DNA from: the human T2T-CHM13v2.0 reference genome, Homo sapiens
DNA: 64,000 nucleotides
NCBI RefSeq assembly: GCF_009914755.1
Contig: NC_060926.1
Reading direction: 5' to 3' (one strand)
Of this stretch, positions 12,888-25,313 are shown in pieces. A program made the translations under genes and the position numbers. The notes beneath the pieces were generated by a model. That model did not search any database, was not told the DNA's origin, and saw only the letters and a list, made by a program, of their open reading frames with translations. Within the stretch, counting starts at the first letter, position 1. The number at the start of each line of letters is the position of its first letter.

Positions 12888-13251
12888 TGTATTGGTCCAT
12901 TCTCATGCTGCTATGAAGAAATACCAGCCTATATTTAAAAAGAAAAGAGGCTTAATTGACTCACACTTCCACATGGCTGGGAAGGCCTCAGGAAACTTAC
13001 AACCATGGCACAAGGGGAAGCAAACATGTCCTTCTTCACCTCGCAGCAAGAGTGAGAAGTGCCATCAGGGGAAATGCCAGATGCTTATAAAATCATCATA
13101 TCCTGTCAGAACTCACTCACTATCAGGAGAACAGCATGGAGGAAAACACACCAAAGGTTCAATTACCTCCATCTGGTCCTGCCCTTGACATGTGGGGATT
13201 ATTATAATTCAAGGTAAGATTTGAGTGGGGACACAGAGCCAAGCCTTATCA
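12888..13251 (-). mobile_element. THE1C/D-type LTR (3' LTR of the provirus)
   Basis: tgtattggtccattctcatgctgctatgaagaaatacc ... ggggacacagagccaagccttatca. Confidence 0.92.
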
Positions 13252-14804
13252 TTCCATCCTTGGCTACTCCCAAATCTCAAGTCTTTACATTTCAAAACAC
13301 AATCATGCCCTTCTAACAGTTCCCCAAAGCCTTAATTAATTCCAGCGTTAACCCAAAAGTCCAAGTCCAAAGTCTCATCTGAGACAAGGCAAGTTCCTTC
13401 CACCTATGAGCCTGTAAAATCAAAAACAAGTTAGTTACTTCCTAGATACAATGGGGGTACAGGCATTGGGTAATATAGCCATTCCAAATGGGAGAAATTG
13501 GCCAAAACAAAGGGGCTACAGGCCCCATGCAAGTCTGAAATCCAATAGGGCAGTCATTAAACCTTAGAGTTCCAAAATGATCTCCTTCGACTCCATGTCT
13601 CACATCTAGGTCACGCTGATGCAAGTGGTGGGCTCCCATGGCCTTGGGCAGCTCTGCCCCTGTGGCTCTGCAGAGCACAGCCCCACTCCTGGCTGCTTTT
13701 ACGAGCTGGCATTGAGCATCTGTGGCTTTTCCAGGTACACAGTGCAAGAAGTCAGTGGATCTACTATTCTGGGGTCTGGAGGATGGTGGCCCTCTTCTCA
13801 CAGCTCCTCTAGGCAGTGCCCCAGTGGGGTGTCTGTGTGGGGGTTCTGACCCCATATTTCCCCTTTGCACTGCCCTAGCAGAGGTTGTCCAGGAGAACCT
13901 CTCCATGAGAATCTCTGCTCTGCCCCTGCAGCAAACTTCTGCCTGGACATCCAGGCATTTCCTTACATCCTCTGAAATCTAGGCAGAGGTTCCCAAACCT
14001 CAATTCTTGGCTTCTGTGCACCTGCAGGACCAACACCATGTGTGCCAAGGCTTGGGGCTTCCACCCTCTGATGCAATAGCCTGAGCTGTACCTTGGCCCC
14101 TTTTAGCCATGGTTGGAGTGGCTGGGACACAGGGCACCAAGTCCTGAGGCTACACACAGCAGGGAGACCCTGGACCCAGCCCAGGAAGCCATTTTTCCCT
14201 TCTAGGCCTCCAGGCCTTTGATGGGAGGGGCTGCCATGAAGGTCTCTGACATACCCAGGAGACATTCTCGCCATTGTCTTGGTGATTAGCATTTGGCTAC
14301 TCGTTAATTATGCAAATTTCTGCAGCAGCTTGAATTTCTTCCAAGAAAATGGGTTTTTCTTTTTTATCATATGGTCAGGCTGCAAATTTTCCAAACTTTT
14401 ATATTCTGTCACCTCCTGAATGTTTTGCTGCTTAGAAATTTCTTCTGCCATATACCCTAAATCATCTCTCCTAAGTTCAAAGTTCCACAGATCTCTAGGG
14501 CAGGGGTAAAACACTGCCATTCTCATTGCTAAAACATAGCAAGAGTGACCTTTACTCCAGTTCCCAAAAAGTTCCTCATCTCCATTTGGGTCCAGCTCAG
14601 CCTTGACTTCATTGTCCATATCACTATTAGTATTTTGGTCAAAACCATTCAACAAGTCTCTAGGAAGTTCCAAACTTTCTCACATCTTCCTGTCTTCTTC
14701 TGAGCCCTTCAAACTGTTCCAACCTCTACCGGTTACCCACTTCCAAAGTTGTTGCTTCCGCATTTTCGGTTATCTTTATCCCACTCTCTGCAGTATCAAT
14801 TTAC
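13252..14804 (-). mobile_element. THE1-int (MaLR internal region, ~1.55 kb)
   Basis: Typical THE1/MST internal sequence; ORF 14308..14673(-) MELPRDLLNGFDQN...GDEELFGNWSKGHSCY is the decayed MaLR gag-like ORF. Confidence 0.92.
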
Positions 14805-15164
14805 TGTATTAATCCATTCTCATGCTGCTATGAAAAAATACCCAAGACCGGATAATTCATAAATAAAAGAGGTTTAATTGACTCATGGCTCTGCATGGCT
14901 GGGGAGGCTGCAGGAAACTTACAATCATGGCAAAAGGCATCTCTTCACAGGGAAGCAGGAGAGAGAATGAGTGCCAAGCAAAGGGGGAAAATCTCCTTAT
15001 AAAACCATCAGATCTCATAAGAATTCACTATCACGAGAACAGCATGGGAGTAACCGCCCCCATGATTCAATTACCTCCCACTGGGTTCCTCTCACAAAAC
15101 ATCGGTATTATGGGAACTACAAGTAAAGATGAGATTTGGGTGGGGATACAGCCAAATCATATCA
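14805..15164 (-). mobile_element. THE1C/D-type LTR (5' LTR of the provirus)
   Basis: tgtattaatccattctcatgctgctatgaaaaaatacc ... gatgagatttgggtggggatacagccaaatcatatca. Confidence 0.92.
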
Positions 15165-16498
15165 AGTGGTATAAGGCATGATAGTCTGGGTCCCCTGCTA
15201 GTGTAGTTTCTCTGCTTCTGTAAGATTGTGAACCCAGAAAATCTGAGATAGGTCTCAGTTCATTTAGAAAGTTTATTTTGCCAAGGTTGAGGACACACCC
15301 ATGACCCAGCCTCAGGAAATCCTGAAAACATGTGCCCAAGGTGGTTGGGGCACAACTTGGTTTTATACATTTTAGGGAGACATAAGACACCAATTGATAT
15401 ATGTAAGAAATACATTAGCTCCATCCAGACAGGTAGAGACAACTCAAAGAAACTTCCTCCAACCTCCCTGGGGGCTTTCATGTCACAGGTAGGTGAGAGA
15501 CAGATAGTTGCATTCTTTTGAGATTCTGATAAGTCTTTCCAAAGGAGGCAATCAGAATACACGTCTATCTCTGTGAGCAGAGGGATGACTTTGAATAGAA
15601 TGGGAGGCCAATTTTGTCCGGAGTGGTTCCCAGCTTGAAGGGGCCCAAGATATATTTCCTTCCACAAGATTCATTATGTATAACTTCCACCTTATGATGA
15701 ATTGATGCTGGGTGCACCTGATTTTATGACTTGATGTGTCTGACATGAGTCAGTTCAAGATGAGTTGCATGGTTGTTTGATGGCCCCTGGTCAGGCACTC
15801 CATCTCTATGAAAGCCCAGTATCACATCAGGGGCTGCTTTTTAATTGATGTGTAGTTTTCAGAAACACGTATCATTAACTTTTCTGCAGAACCTCAGGGG
15901 TCTATGTAATTTTCCTACTGGAACTTGCCACAAACTCTACATAGTATTTTTTTCTCAACACAGATAGCTCTACTATCAGAGGATCTGCTAGGTCATATGT
16001 CCAAAGGGGCAGAACCTCATGTATTGTACCAAAGCCCCCAATGTATTTTTTTACTATTTATTCATTTGATCTGAGTAATCAATATTATTAATATGGTATA
16101 CCCAATATTATGTGTAATATATAAGTAATTCAGGTCTCTCGGTACTATATTATGACAGAGATTGAGGGAATTAACATAATGCTTGTGAGATAATAAATAT
16201 ATACTTTATCCATTTTATGTTAATGTGAAGTATTTCTGATTCTTATACCCCACTGACATAAAAAAGAATACATTTGCCAGATCACTGGCTGTGTACCTAA
16301 AACTATGTTACTCTATTCTAGATAAGATACCACATAGGACACCAGAGTTGCAAATAGGCTACTAATTGGTCAAGTTGGAAGTAGCCTATTATATCACCCT
16401 GGATCTGTCTGGTTTTATAGGAGTCAGATTGATAAATTAAATGGTAGAGGATGGGTGCCATTATCATTGCTTCCTTTAGGTCTTTAAAAGTGACACTA
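15165..16498 (-). pseudogene. Ancient ERVL-class pol remnant (RT start to RNaseH region), interrupted by MER4A
   Basis: ORF 16318..16569(-) contains SVTFKDLKEA, resembling ERVL RT 'SATIKDLKDA'; the reverse complement of 15680-15850 resembles the ERVL RNaseH/tether region. Confidence 0.7.
15227..15666 (-). mobile_element. MER4A-type solo LTR (ERV1)
   Basis: tgtgaacccagaaaatctgag...cagcttgaaggggcccaagatatatttccttccaca; 4 bp TSD agat (15223-15226 / 15667-15670). Confidence 0.9.
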
Positions 16499-19447
16499 GG
16501 AGGTAGAGAAAGATGTTGGAATAGAAGGCGCCACAGATTGTCTTCCCTGCTAGGATACCAATTTAACAACTATCTAAACAAATAAAACATCTTCATAAGC
16601 ACCAAAAATTAGGTGAGTACTCATAGTGCCCTGGTTTTAACTTCATATCACTTAAAGAGGCACTGAAGAGATATAAAAAAATACAGTCTTGACTCACTGA
16701 TAACACTCCTCCCCCACCCCTTGGAAGCGGTGGCTGTGGCGTGGAAAGCATCTCTGGGCACTGAGGGAGGGAGAGCACAGTCATTGTGAGGCATTGATTT
16801 CAGCACTGTCCTGTTAGGGTAGAAAAGGAAATCAGATCAAACTCAGCTGATGTCCACCCTAGCCAGAGGGGAATCACAGATCCCAGCAGTGGGAACTTGA
16901 GTTCCTGTAAACCTCACCACTGAGGGCTAGGGTGCCATGGGTCTCTAAGTAAACTTGAAAGGCAGTCTAGGCTGTAAGGACTGCAACTCTTAGGTAAGTC
17001 CTAGTGCTGAACTGGGCCAAAAGACAGTGGACTGTAGGGGCATGTGACCTACTGAGACATCAGTTGGGGTGGCTAATGGAGTGCCGGCATCACCCCTTCC
17101 CTAAGCCCAGGCTGAATATCTCAAGGCTCCAAAAGAGACCCCTTCCTTCCTCTTGAGGAGAGGAAAGGCAAGAGTGATGAGGACTTTGTCTTGCATTTTG
17201 GATACTAGCTCAGCCACAGCAGGATACACCAGTCAGAGCTGTGAGGCCCCTGTTACAGGGCTTAGCTCCCAGACAACATTTCTAAACACACCCTGGGCCA
17301 GATGGAAACTTGCTGCCTTTAAGAAAATTATCCAGTCTTGGCAGCATTCATCACTTGGTAACTGAAGAACCCTTGGGTCCTGAATAACCAGCAGTGATAC
17401 CCAGGTACTACGTCAGGGGCCTCGGGTAAGCCTCTGAGACTTGCTGTCTTCAGGAGAGATTCAAAACATTATCAGCTTTAGTGGCTTAGAGGCAAAACTG
17501 ATCATGCTTCAGAAAAGCACAGGGAAAAGTAAATGATACTTTGTCTTGCATCTTAGGTACCAACAAGGTCACAGGAGGGTAGAGGCCTAAGTGGGCTCTT
17601 AGGGCCCTTAATTCCAGGACTTGACTCTTGGATAGTATTTCCGGACCTTCCCTGGGTCAGAGGGGAGCCTATTGCCCTGAAGGGTGAGTCTCAGGCTAGG
17701 CAGCATTCACCACAAGCTGACTTAAAAGCCCTTAGAACTTAAAAGAACATTGGTGGTAGTCTGGCAGTACTCCTCATGGCCTGTGGTAAAGGTGGCTATG
17801 GAGTGAGACTCTTCTGTTTTTGTAAAGGGGAGGGAAGAGTGAGAAGGTTTGCCTCCTGTGGTTTGAGTGCAGCCCACCCACAGTACAATGGAACACCAGG
17901 TAGATTTCTAAGGTTTTTCCCTCTAGTCCCTGACTTCCAGATGGTGCCTCTGGACCCATCTGGGGCCTGGGAGGAACTTATTGCCTTGAAGGAAAGAACA
18001 TAGTCTGGCTGGCTTTTCTACCTGCAGATTGTAGAGTCCCAGGACCTTGAGCAGACATAGGCAGAAGCCAGGGAGTGAATACAGCAGGACTTAGGTGAGA
18101 CCAATGCTGTGCAGCTGAATGTCTGACTCAGTACAGTCATAGTGGTGGTGGCCACAGGGATACTTGTGTTAATTCACTCTCAGCTTTAGGTGGCTCAGAA
18201 CAAAGGGAGAGATTCCATTTGGTTGGGAGAAAGTAAGGGAAGAGAACAAGAGTCTCTGCCTGGTAATCCAGAGAATTCTCCCAGATCTTGTCCAAGACCA
18301 TCAAGGCAGTACTCAATGACTCTGCAAAAAATACAACATTACTGGGTTTGGGGTGCCCCTTAAATCAGACACAGCTTAGGTCACAACACTCAAGTCCTTT
18401 CAAATATCTGGAATGTCTTCCTAAGAAGGATGGGTACAAACAAGCACAGACCATGAAGACTACAATAAATATCTATCTTCAATGGCCAGACACTGAAGAA
18501 CATCTACTAGTACCAGCAATATCCAAGAAAACATGACCTTACCAAATGAACTAAATAAGGCACCAGAAACCAATTCTCAGGAAACAGAGATATGTGAACT
18601 TTCAGACAGAGAATTCAAAATATCTGTGTTGAAGAAACTCAAAGAAATTCAAGATAACACAGAGAAGGAAATCAGAATTATATAAGATAAATTTAATGAA
18701 GAGATTGAAATAATTAAAAAGGATTAAGCAGAAATTCTGGAGCTCAAAAATGCAAGTGGCATACTGAAGACTCTATCAGAGTACTTTAATAGCAGAATTG
18801 ATCAAGCAGAAGAAAGAATTAGTGAGCTTGAAGACAGGTTATTTGAAAATACACAGAGGAGACAAGTGAAAAAATAAAAGAAAAGAAACAATGACCCATG
18901 CCTACAGTATCTAGAAAACAGTCTTGGAAGGACAAATCTAAGAATTATTGGCCCTGAAGAGGATGTAAATAAAGGGGTAAGGGTAGAAAGTTTATTCAGA
19001 GAGATAATAACAGAGAACTTCCCAAACCTAGAGAAAGAGATCAATATCCATGTACAAGAAAGTTATAGAACACCACGCAGGTTTAACCCAAAAAAGACTA
19101 CCTCAAGGCATTTAATAATCAAACCCCCAAAGATCAAGGAAAAGGAAAGGATTCTAAAACAGCAAGATAAAAGAAACTAATAACATACAATGAAACTCCA
19201 TTATGTCTGCCAGCAGACTTTTCAGTGGAAATCTTATCGGTCATGAGAGAGGGGCATAACATATTTAAAGTGCTAAGGGAAAAAACTCTTTTACCCTAGA
19301 ATTGTATATCTGATGAAAATATCCTTCAAAGATGAAGAAGATATACTTTCCAAGACAAACAAATGCTGAAGGATTTCAACACCAGACCTGTCCTATAAGA
19401 AATGCTAACAGGAGTACTTAAATTAGAAAGAATAGGATGTTAGTGAG

Positions 19448-19799
19448 TGTATTAGTCCATTTTCACGCTGCTGATAAAGACATACCCGAGACTGGGAAGA
19501 GAAAAGGTTTAATTGGACTTAACAGTTCCACACGGCTGGAAGGCCTCAAAATCATGGCAGGAGACAAAAGGCACATCTTACATGGCAGCAGCAAGAGAAA
19601 ATGAGAAAGATGCAAAAGCAGAAACCCCTGATAAAACCATCAGCTCTCGTGAGACTTATTCACTACCACAAGAACAGTATGGAGAAAACTGCCCCCAGGA
19701 TTCAAATTATCTCCCACCAGGTCCCTCCCACAACACCTGGGAATTATGGGAGTACAACTCAAGATGAGATTTGGCTGAGGACACAGTCAAACCATATCA
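19448..19799 (-). mobile_element. THE1A/B solo LTR inserted at the end of L1 ORF1
   Basis: tgtattagtccattttcacgctgctgataaagacatacc...aaaccatatca; perfect 5 bp TSD gtgag (19443-19447 / 19800-19804). Confidence 0.93.
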
Positions 19800-21678
19800 G
19801 TGAGCAATAAGAAATCATCATAAGGTATAAAACTGGTAATAGTATGTACACAGAAAAACACAAAATATAATAACTATCATGTGTAACCTACTCTTATCCT
19901 AAATAGAAAGACTAAACAGTGAACCAATCAGAATAATAACTATAACAACTTTTCAAGACATAGTAGAAACAACAAAAAGTTAAGAAGCAGAGGGAAACAG
20001 TTAAGGCATAGAGTGTTTATTAGTTTTCTTTTTGCTGGTTTCTTTGTTTATGCAAAGAGTGTTAAGTTGCTATCAGGTTAAAATAATGAGCTATAAGACA
20101 GTACTTGCAAGCTGCACAGTAACCTCAAACCAAAATTATACAACAAATATACAAAAAATAAAAAGCAAGAAACTAAATATTATCAACAGAAAAAATCATC
20201 TTTACTAAAGGAAGACAGGAAGAAAGAAGGAAGAGAAGATCACAAAACAACCAGAAAACAAACAAACAACAAAAAATGGCAGTATCACCAACACGAGTAA
20301 GGTGAGTCCTTACTCATCGATAATAACATTGAATGTAAATAAACCAAATTATCCAATCAAAAGACATAGAGTGACTGAATGGATGAAAAAAAACCTATTG
20401 ATTTGTTCCCTACAGGAAACAAATTTCACCTCTGAAGACAGAAGTAAACTGAAAATAAAGAGATGATAAAAGGTATTCCATACTAACGGAAACCAAAAAA
20501 GAGTAGGAGTAGCTATAATTACAGAAAATAGATTTCAAGACAAAAACTGTAAGAAGAGACTAAGAAGGTCACTATACAATGATAAAGGAGTCAATTAAGC
20601 AAGATTATATAGTTTTAAATATATATGCACCCAACACTGGAGCACCCAGAAATATAAAGCAAATATTATTGAGTTAAAGAGACAGACAGATGCCAATACA
20701 ATAATAGCTAGAGACTTCAACACCCCATTTTCAGCATTGGACAGGATCTTCCAGATATCAAATCCACAACAAAAAAATCAGACTTAATCTGCACTATAGA
20801 CCAAATAGAGCTGAAAGATATTCACAGAACATTTCATTCAACAGCTGCAGAATACATATTTTTTTTTCCTAAGCACATGAATAATTCTCAAGGATAGACT
20901 ATATAGACCATATGTTAGGTCACAAGACAAGTCTTAACACATTCAAAATACTGAAATAATATCAAGTATCTTCTCTAAACACAATGGAATACAGCTAGAA
21001 ATTAATAATAAGCAATTTTGGAAACTATACAAATACAGGGAAATTAAACAATATGCTTCTGAATGTCCAGTAGCTCAAGGATGAAATTAAGAATTTAAAA
21101 ATTTCTTGAAACAAATGATAATGGAAACAAAATATACCAAAACCTATGGGAAACAGTAAAAGCAGTACTCAAAGGGAATTTTATAGCTGTAAGTGCCTAC
21201 ATCGAAAAGAGGAAAAACTTCAAATAAGCAATCTAATGATGCATTCTAAAGAACTAGGAAAGCAAGAGCAAACAAACCCCAAAATTAATAGAAGAAAAGA
21301 AATAATAAAGTTCAGAGCAGAAATAAATGAAATTGAAATGAAGAAAACAATACAAAAGATCAATAAAACAAAAAGTTGATTTTTTGAAAAGTTAAACAAA
21401 ATTGACAAACCTTTAGCCAGACTAAGAAAAAAAGAGAGAAGACACAAACAAATAAAATCAGAAATGAAAAAGGAGACATTACAACTGATACTGCAGAAAT
21501 TCTAAGGATCATTAGTGACTGCTATGAGCAACTGTATGTCAATACACTGGAACATCTAGAAGAAATGAACAAATTCCTAGACACATACAATCTACCAAGA
21601 TTGAACCAGGAATAAATCCAAAACCTGAGCAGACCAGTAACAAGTAGCAAGATTAGAGCTGTAATAAAAGTCTCCCAG

Positions 21679-21704
21679 AAAAAAAAAAAAAAAAAAAAAA
21701 AAAA
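21679..21704 (+). repeat. A26 homopolymer inside L1 ORF2
   Basis: tctcccag(A)26gcccag. Confidence 0.9.
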
Positions 21705-24700
21705 GCCCAGGATGGTTTCAGCACTGAATTCTACCAAACATTTAAAGAAGAGTTAATACCAATCCTACTCAAACTATTTTGAAAAATAGAGGAGGTAACA
21801 CTTCCAAATTCATTATACAAGGCCAGTATTACCCTGATACCAAAACCAGATAAGCACACATCAACAAAAGAAAACTACAGGCCAATATCTATTTTGAATA
21901 TTGATGCAAAAAACCTCAACAAAATACTAGCAAACCAAATTCAACAATAGAATAGAAAGATCATTCATCATGACCAGGTGGTATTTACCCCGGGATGAAA
22001 GGATGATTCAACATATACAAATCAATCAATATGATACAACATATCAACAGAATGAAGGATAAAACTATATGACTTTTTCAATTGATGTTGAAAAGAACTA
22101 GATAAAATTCAACATCTCTTCATGACAAAAGCCCTAAAAATACTGGGTATAGACATAACATACTGCAACATGGTAAAAGTCATATAAGACAGACCCACAG
22201 CTAGTATACTAAATGGGAAAAAACTGAGAGCCTTTCCTCTAAGATCTGGAATATGACAAGGATATACACTGTCATCACTGTTATTCAACATAATACTGGA
22301 AGTCCTAGCTAGAGCAATCAGACAAGAGAAAGAAATAAAGGGCATCCAAATTGGAATGGAAGAAGTCAAATTATCCTTGTTTGCAGATCAAATGATTTTA
22401 TATTTGGAAAATCCTAAAGACTTCACAAAAAGCTATTAGAACTGACAAACAAATTCAGCAAAGTTGCGGGATACAAAATCAACATTCAAAAATTAGTAGC
22501 ACTTCTAATGCCAATAGTGAACAATGTGAAAAAGAATAAAAAAGTAATCCCATTTACAATAGCCATAAATTAAATTAAATACTTAGAAATTAACCAAGAA
22601 GTGAAAGATCTCTATAATGAAAATTATAAAACACTGATGAAAGAAATTGAAGAGAACACCAAAAAAGGAAAAGTATTCCACATTCATGGATTTAAAGAAT
22701 CAATATTGTTAAAATGTTCACACTACCCAAAACAATCTATAAATTTTATGCAATCCCTATGAAAATACCAATAACATTCTTCACTGAAATAGAAAATAAC
22801 TACCCCCAAATTTATATGGAACCACAAAAGACCCAGAATAGGCAAAGCTGTCTGTCCTAAGCAATAAGAAAAAAACTGGAAGAATTATATTATCTGACTT
22901 CAAATTATAATACAGAGCTACAGTCATCAAAACAGCATGCATGGTACAGTCATAAAAACAGACACATAGATCAATGAAACTGAAGAGGGAACCCAGGAAC
23001 AAATCCACACACCTACAATGAACTGATTTTTACAAAGGTGCCAAGAACATACACCAGGGACAAGACAGTCTTCTCAATAAATCGTGCTGGGAAAGCTGGA
23101 TATCCATAGGCAGAAGAATAAAACTAGACTCCTCTCGCCATACACAAAAACCAAATCAAAATGGATTAAAGGCTTCAATCTAAGACCTAAAGACTTAAAT
23201 CTAAGACAAAACTATGAAATGACTACAAGAAAATCTTAGGGAAAATCTCAGGACGTTTGTCTGGCAAAAATTTCTTGAGCAATACCCTACAAACACAGGT
23301 AACCAAAGCATAAATGGACAAATGGGACCACTTCATGTTAAAAAGCTTCTGCACAGCAAATGATACAGTTAACAAAGTGAAGAGACAACCCACAAAATGG
23401 GAGAAAATATTTGCAAACTACCCATCTGACATTGAATTAATAACCAGAATATATTAGGAGCTCAAATAAATTAGACATTTTATTAGATAAAATAATAAAA
23501 TCTAATTTATTAGATAAATTCAAATTTTATTAGATAAAAATCTAATAACCTGATCAAAAATGGGCAAAAGATTTGAGTAGACATTTCTCAAAGGAAGACA
23601 TACAAATGGCAAACAGACCTATGCAAAAGTGGTCAACATCATTGATCATCAGAGAAATGCAAATCAAAACTAAAATGAGATATCATCTCACCCCAATTAA
23701 GGTGGCTTATATCCAAAAGACAGGTAATAACAAATACTGGTGAGGATATGGAGAAATGGGAACTGTTGTATACTGTTGGTGGGAATGTAAATTAGTACAA
23801 CCACTATGGAGAACAGTTTGGAGGTTCTGCAAAAAACGAAAAATAGAGCTACCACATGATCCAGCAATCCCACTGCTAAGTGTGTAACCAAAACAAAGGA
23901 AATCAGTTCATTGAAGAGGTATCTGTACTCCCATGTTTGTTGCAGCACTACTCACAAAAGCTACGATTTGGAAGCAGCCCAAGTGTCCATCAACAGATGA
24001 ATGGATTAAAAACAATGTGGTAAACACAATGGAGTACTATTTAGCCATAAAAAGAATGGGATCCTGTCATTTGCGACAACATGTATAGAACTGGAAATCA
24101 TTATGTTAAATGAAATAAGCCAGGCACAGAAAGACAAACATCACATGTTCTCACTTATTTATGGGATCTAAAAATCAAAACAACTTAACTCATGGAAATG
24201 GAGTAGAACGATAGCTATCAGAGGCTGGGAAAGGTAGTGGGGGGCTGGCAGGGAGGTGGGGAAGATTAATGTGTACAAAAAATAGAGAGAATGAATAAGA
24301 CCTAATATTTGATAGCACAGCAGGGTGACTATAGTAAATAATAACTTAATGGTACATTATAAAATAACTAAAAAAGTATAATTTGATTGTTTGTAACACA
24401 AAAGGGTAAATGCTTGAGGGGATAGATACCCCATTCTACACAATGTGATTATTTCCCATTGCATGTCTGTGTCAAAACATCTCATGTACCCCATAAATAT
24501 ATACACCTACTATGTACCCACAAAATCAAAAGAAAAAATTAAAAATATATAAATGAATGAAAAATAAAAAAGGTGACATTAATCTCTCATTCTTTCTGGA
24601 ATGGATAGTGTTTTGATTCATTATTTTAACAGGGGAGGGGTGTTGGTAGTTTCAGGAGCTTCTGCTTTGAATTTGTTACTTATAACCACTCTCATACCCC

Positions 24701-24846
24701 ATAGGCCAAGAAACTACTGTTATGGCTCTGCCAATTATCATGTGAAGTGGTTTATGATTATATACTCAGAAACCCAGGAAATGATCTGCAGTTCAGTCTC
24801 TGAACACAATTAAACCACTGTAAGCTGAGTCTGGGTTAGGACAGTA

Positions 24847-25313
24847 CAGTCAGCCCTCTATATTCATGAGTTCCACATCCATGTATTCGATCAACTTCAG
24901 ATTGAAAATATTCAGGGAGAAAAAAATGGCCAGGTGTGGTCGCATCTGCCTGCAATCCCAGCTACTCAAGAGGCTGACATGGGAGGATTGCTTGAGGCCA
25001 GCCTAGTAAACAGTGAGATTCTGGTCTCAAAAAATGGGTGTTTGAGTCTATACTGAACATGTACAGTACCGAACATGTACAGACTTTCTTTGTCATTACT
25101 CCCTAAACAATACAGTATAACAACTATTTACATAGCATTTACATTGTATTAGGTACTAAAAGTAATCTAGAGATGATTTAAAATATACAGGAAGACATAT
25201 ACACATTATATACAAATACTACAGCATTTTATACATGGGACTTGAGCATCCGTGAATTTTGAAATCCACAGGGCATCCTGGAACCAATCCCCTTGGATAC
25301 TGAGTGATGACTG
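24847..25313. mobile_element. MER2 (TcMar-Tigger MITE) with TA TSDs
   Basis: ta|cagtcagccctc...ggaaccaatccccttggatactgagtgatgactg|ta; internal 'ccctaaacaatacagtataacaactatttacatagcatttacattgtattagg'. Confidence 0.88.
24928..25034 (+). mobile_element. FLAM/FAM-type Alu monomer nested in MER2
   Basis: ggccaggtgtggt...cccagctactc...gggaggattgcttgaggccagcct...gtctcaaaaaa; flanked by aaaaaatgg. Confidence 0.78.

Larger units (their letters stand above)
16499..24568 (+). mobile_element. Full-length L1MA1/2-like LINE-1 (5'UTR, ORF1 ~18450-19830, ORF2 ~20300-24100, 3'UTR, A tail), inactivated
   Basis: 5' end 'ggaggtagagaaagatg..gaatagaagg'; ORF1 'gagaacttcccaaacctagag'; EN 'tatatgcacccaacactggagcaccc'; RT 'tccttgtttgcagat'; L1MA 3' end 'catctcatgtaccccataaatatatacacctactatgtaccc'; TSD aaaagtgacacta (16486-16498) / aaaggtgacatta (24569-24581) at a TT/AAAA site. 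Confidence 0.93.

Noticed and set aside
13442-14673. Cluster of 76-154 aa ORFs, including the longest in the track
   Set aside because: They lie in THE1-int; decayed MaLR sequence commonly yields such ORFs
12645-16498. LTR33 as the cognate LTR of the adjacent ERVL internal remnant
   Set aside because: LTR33 reads on + (CCAAT-like then TATTTAT order) whereas the pol remnant is on -
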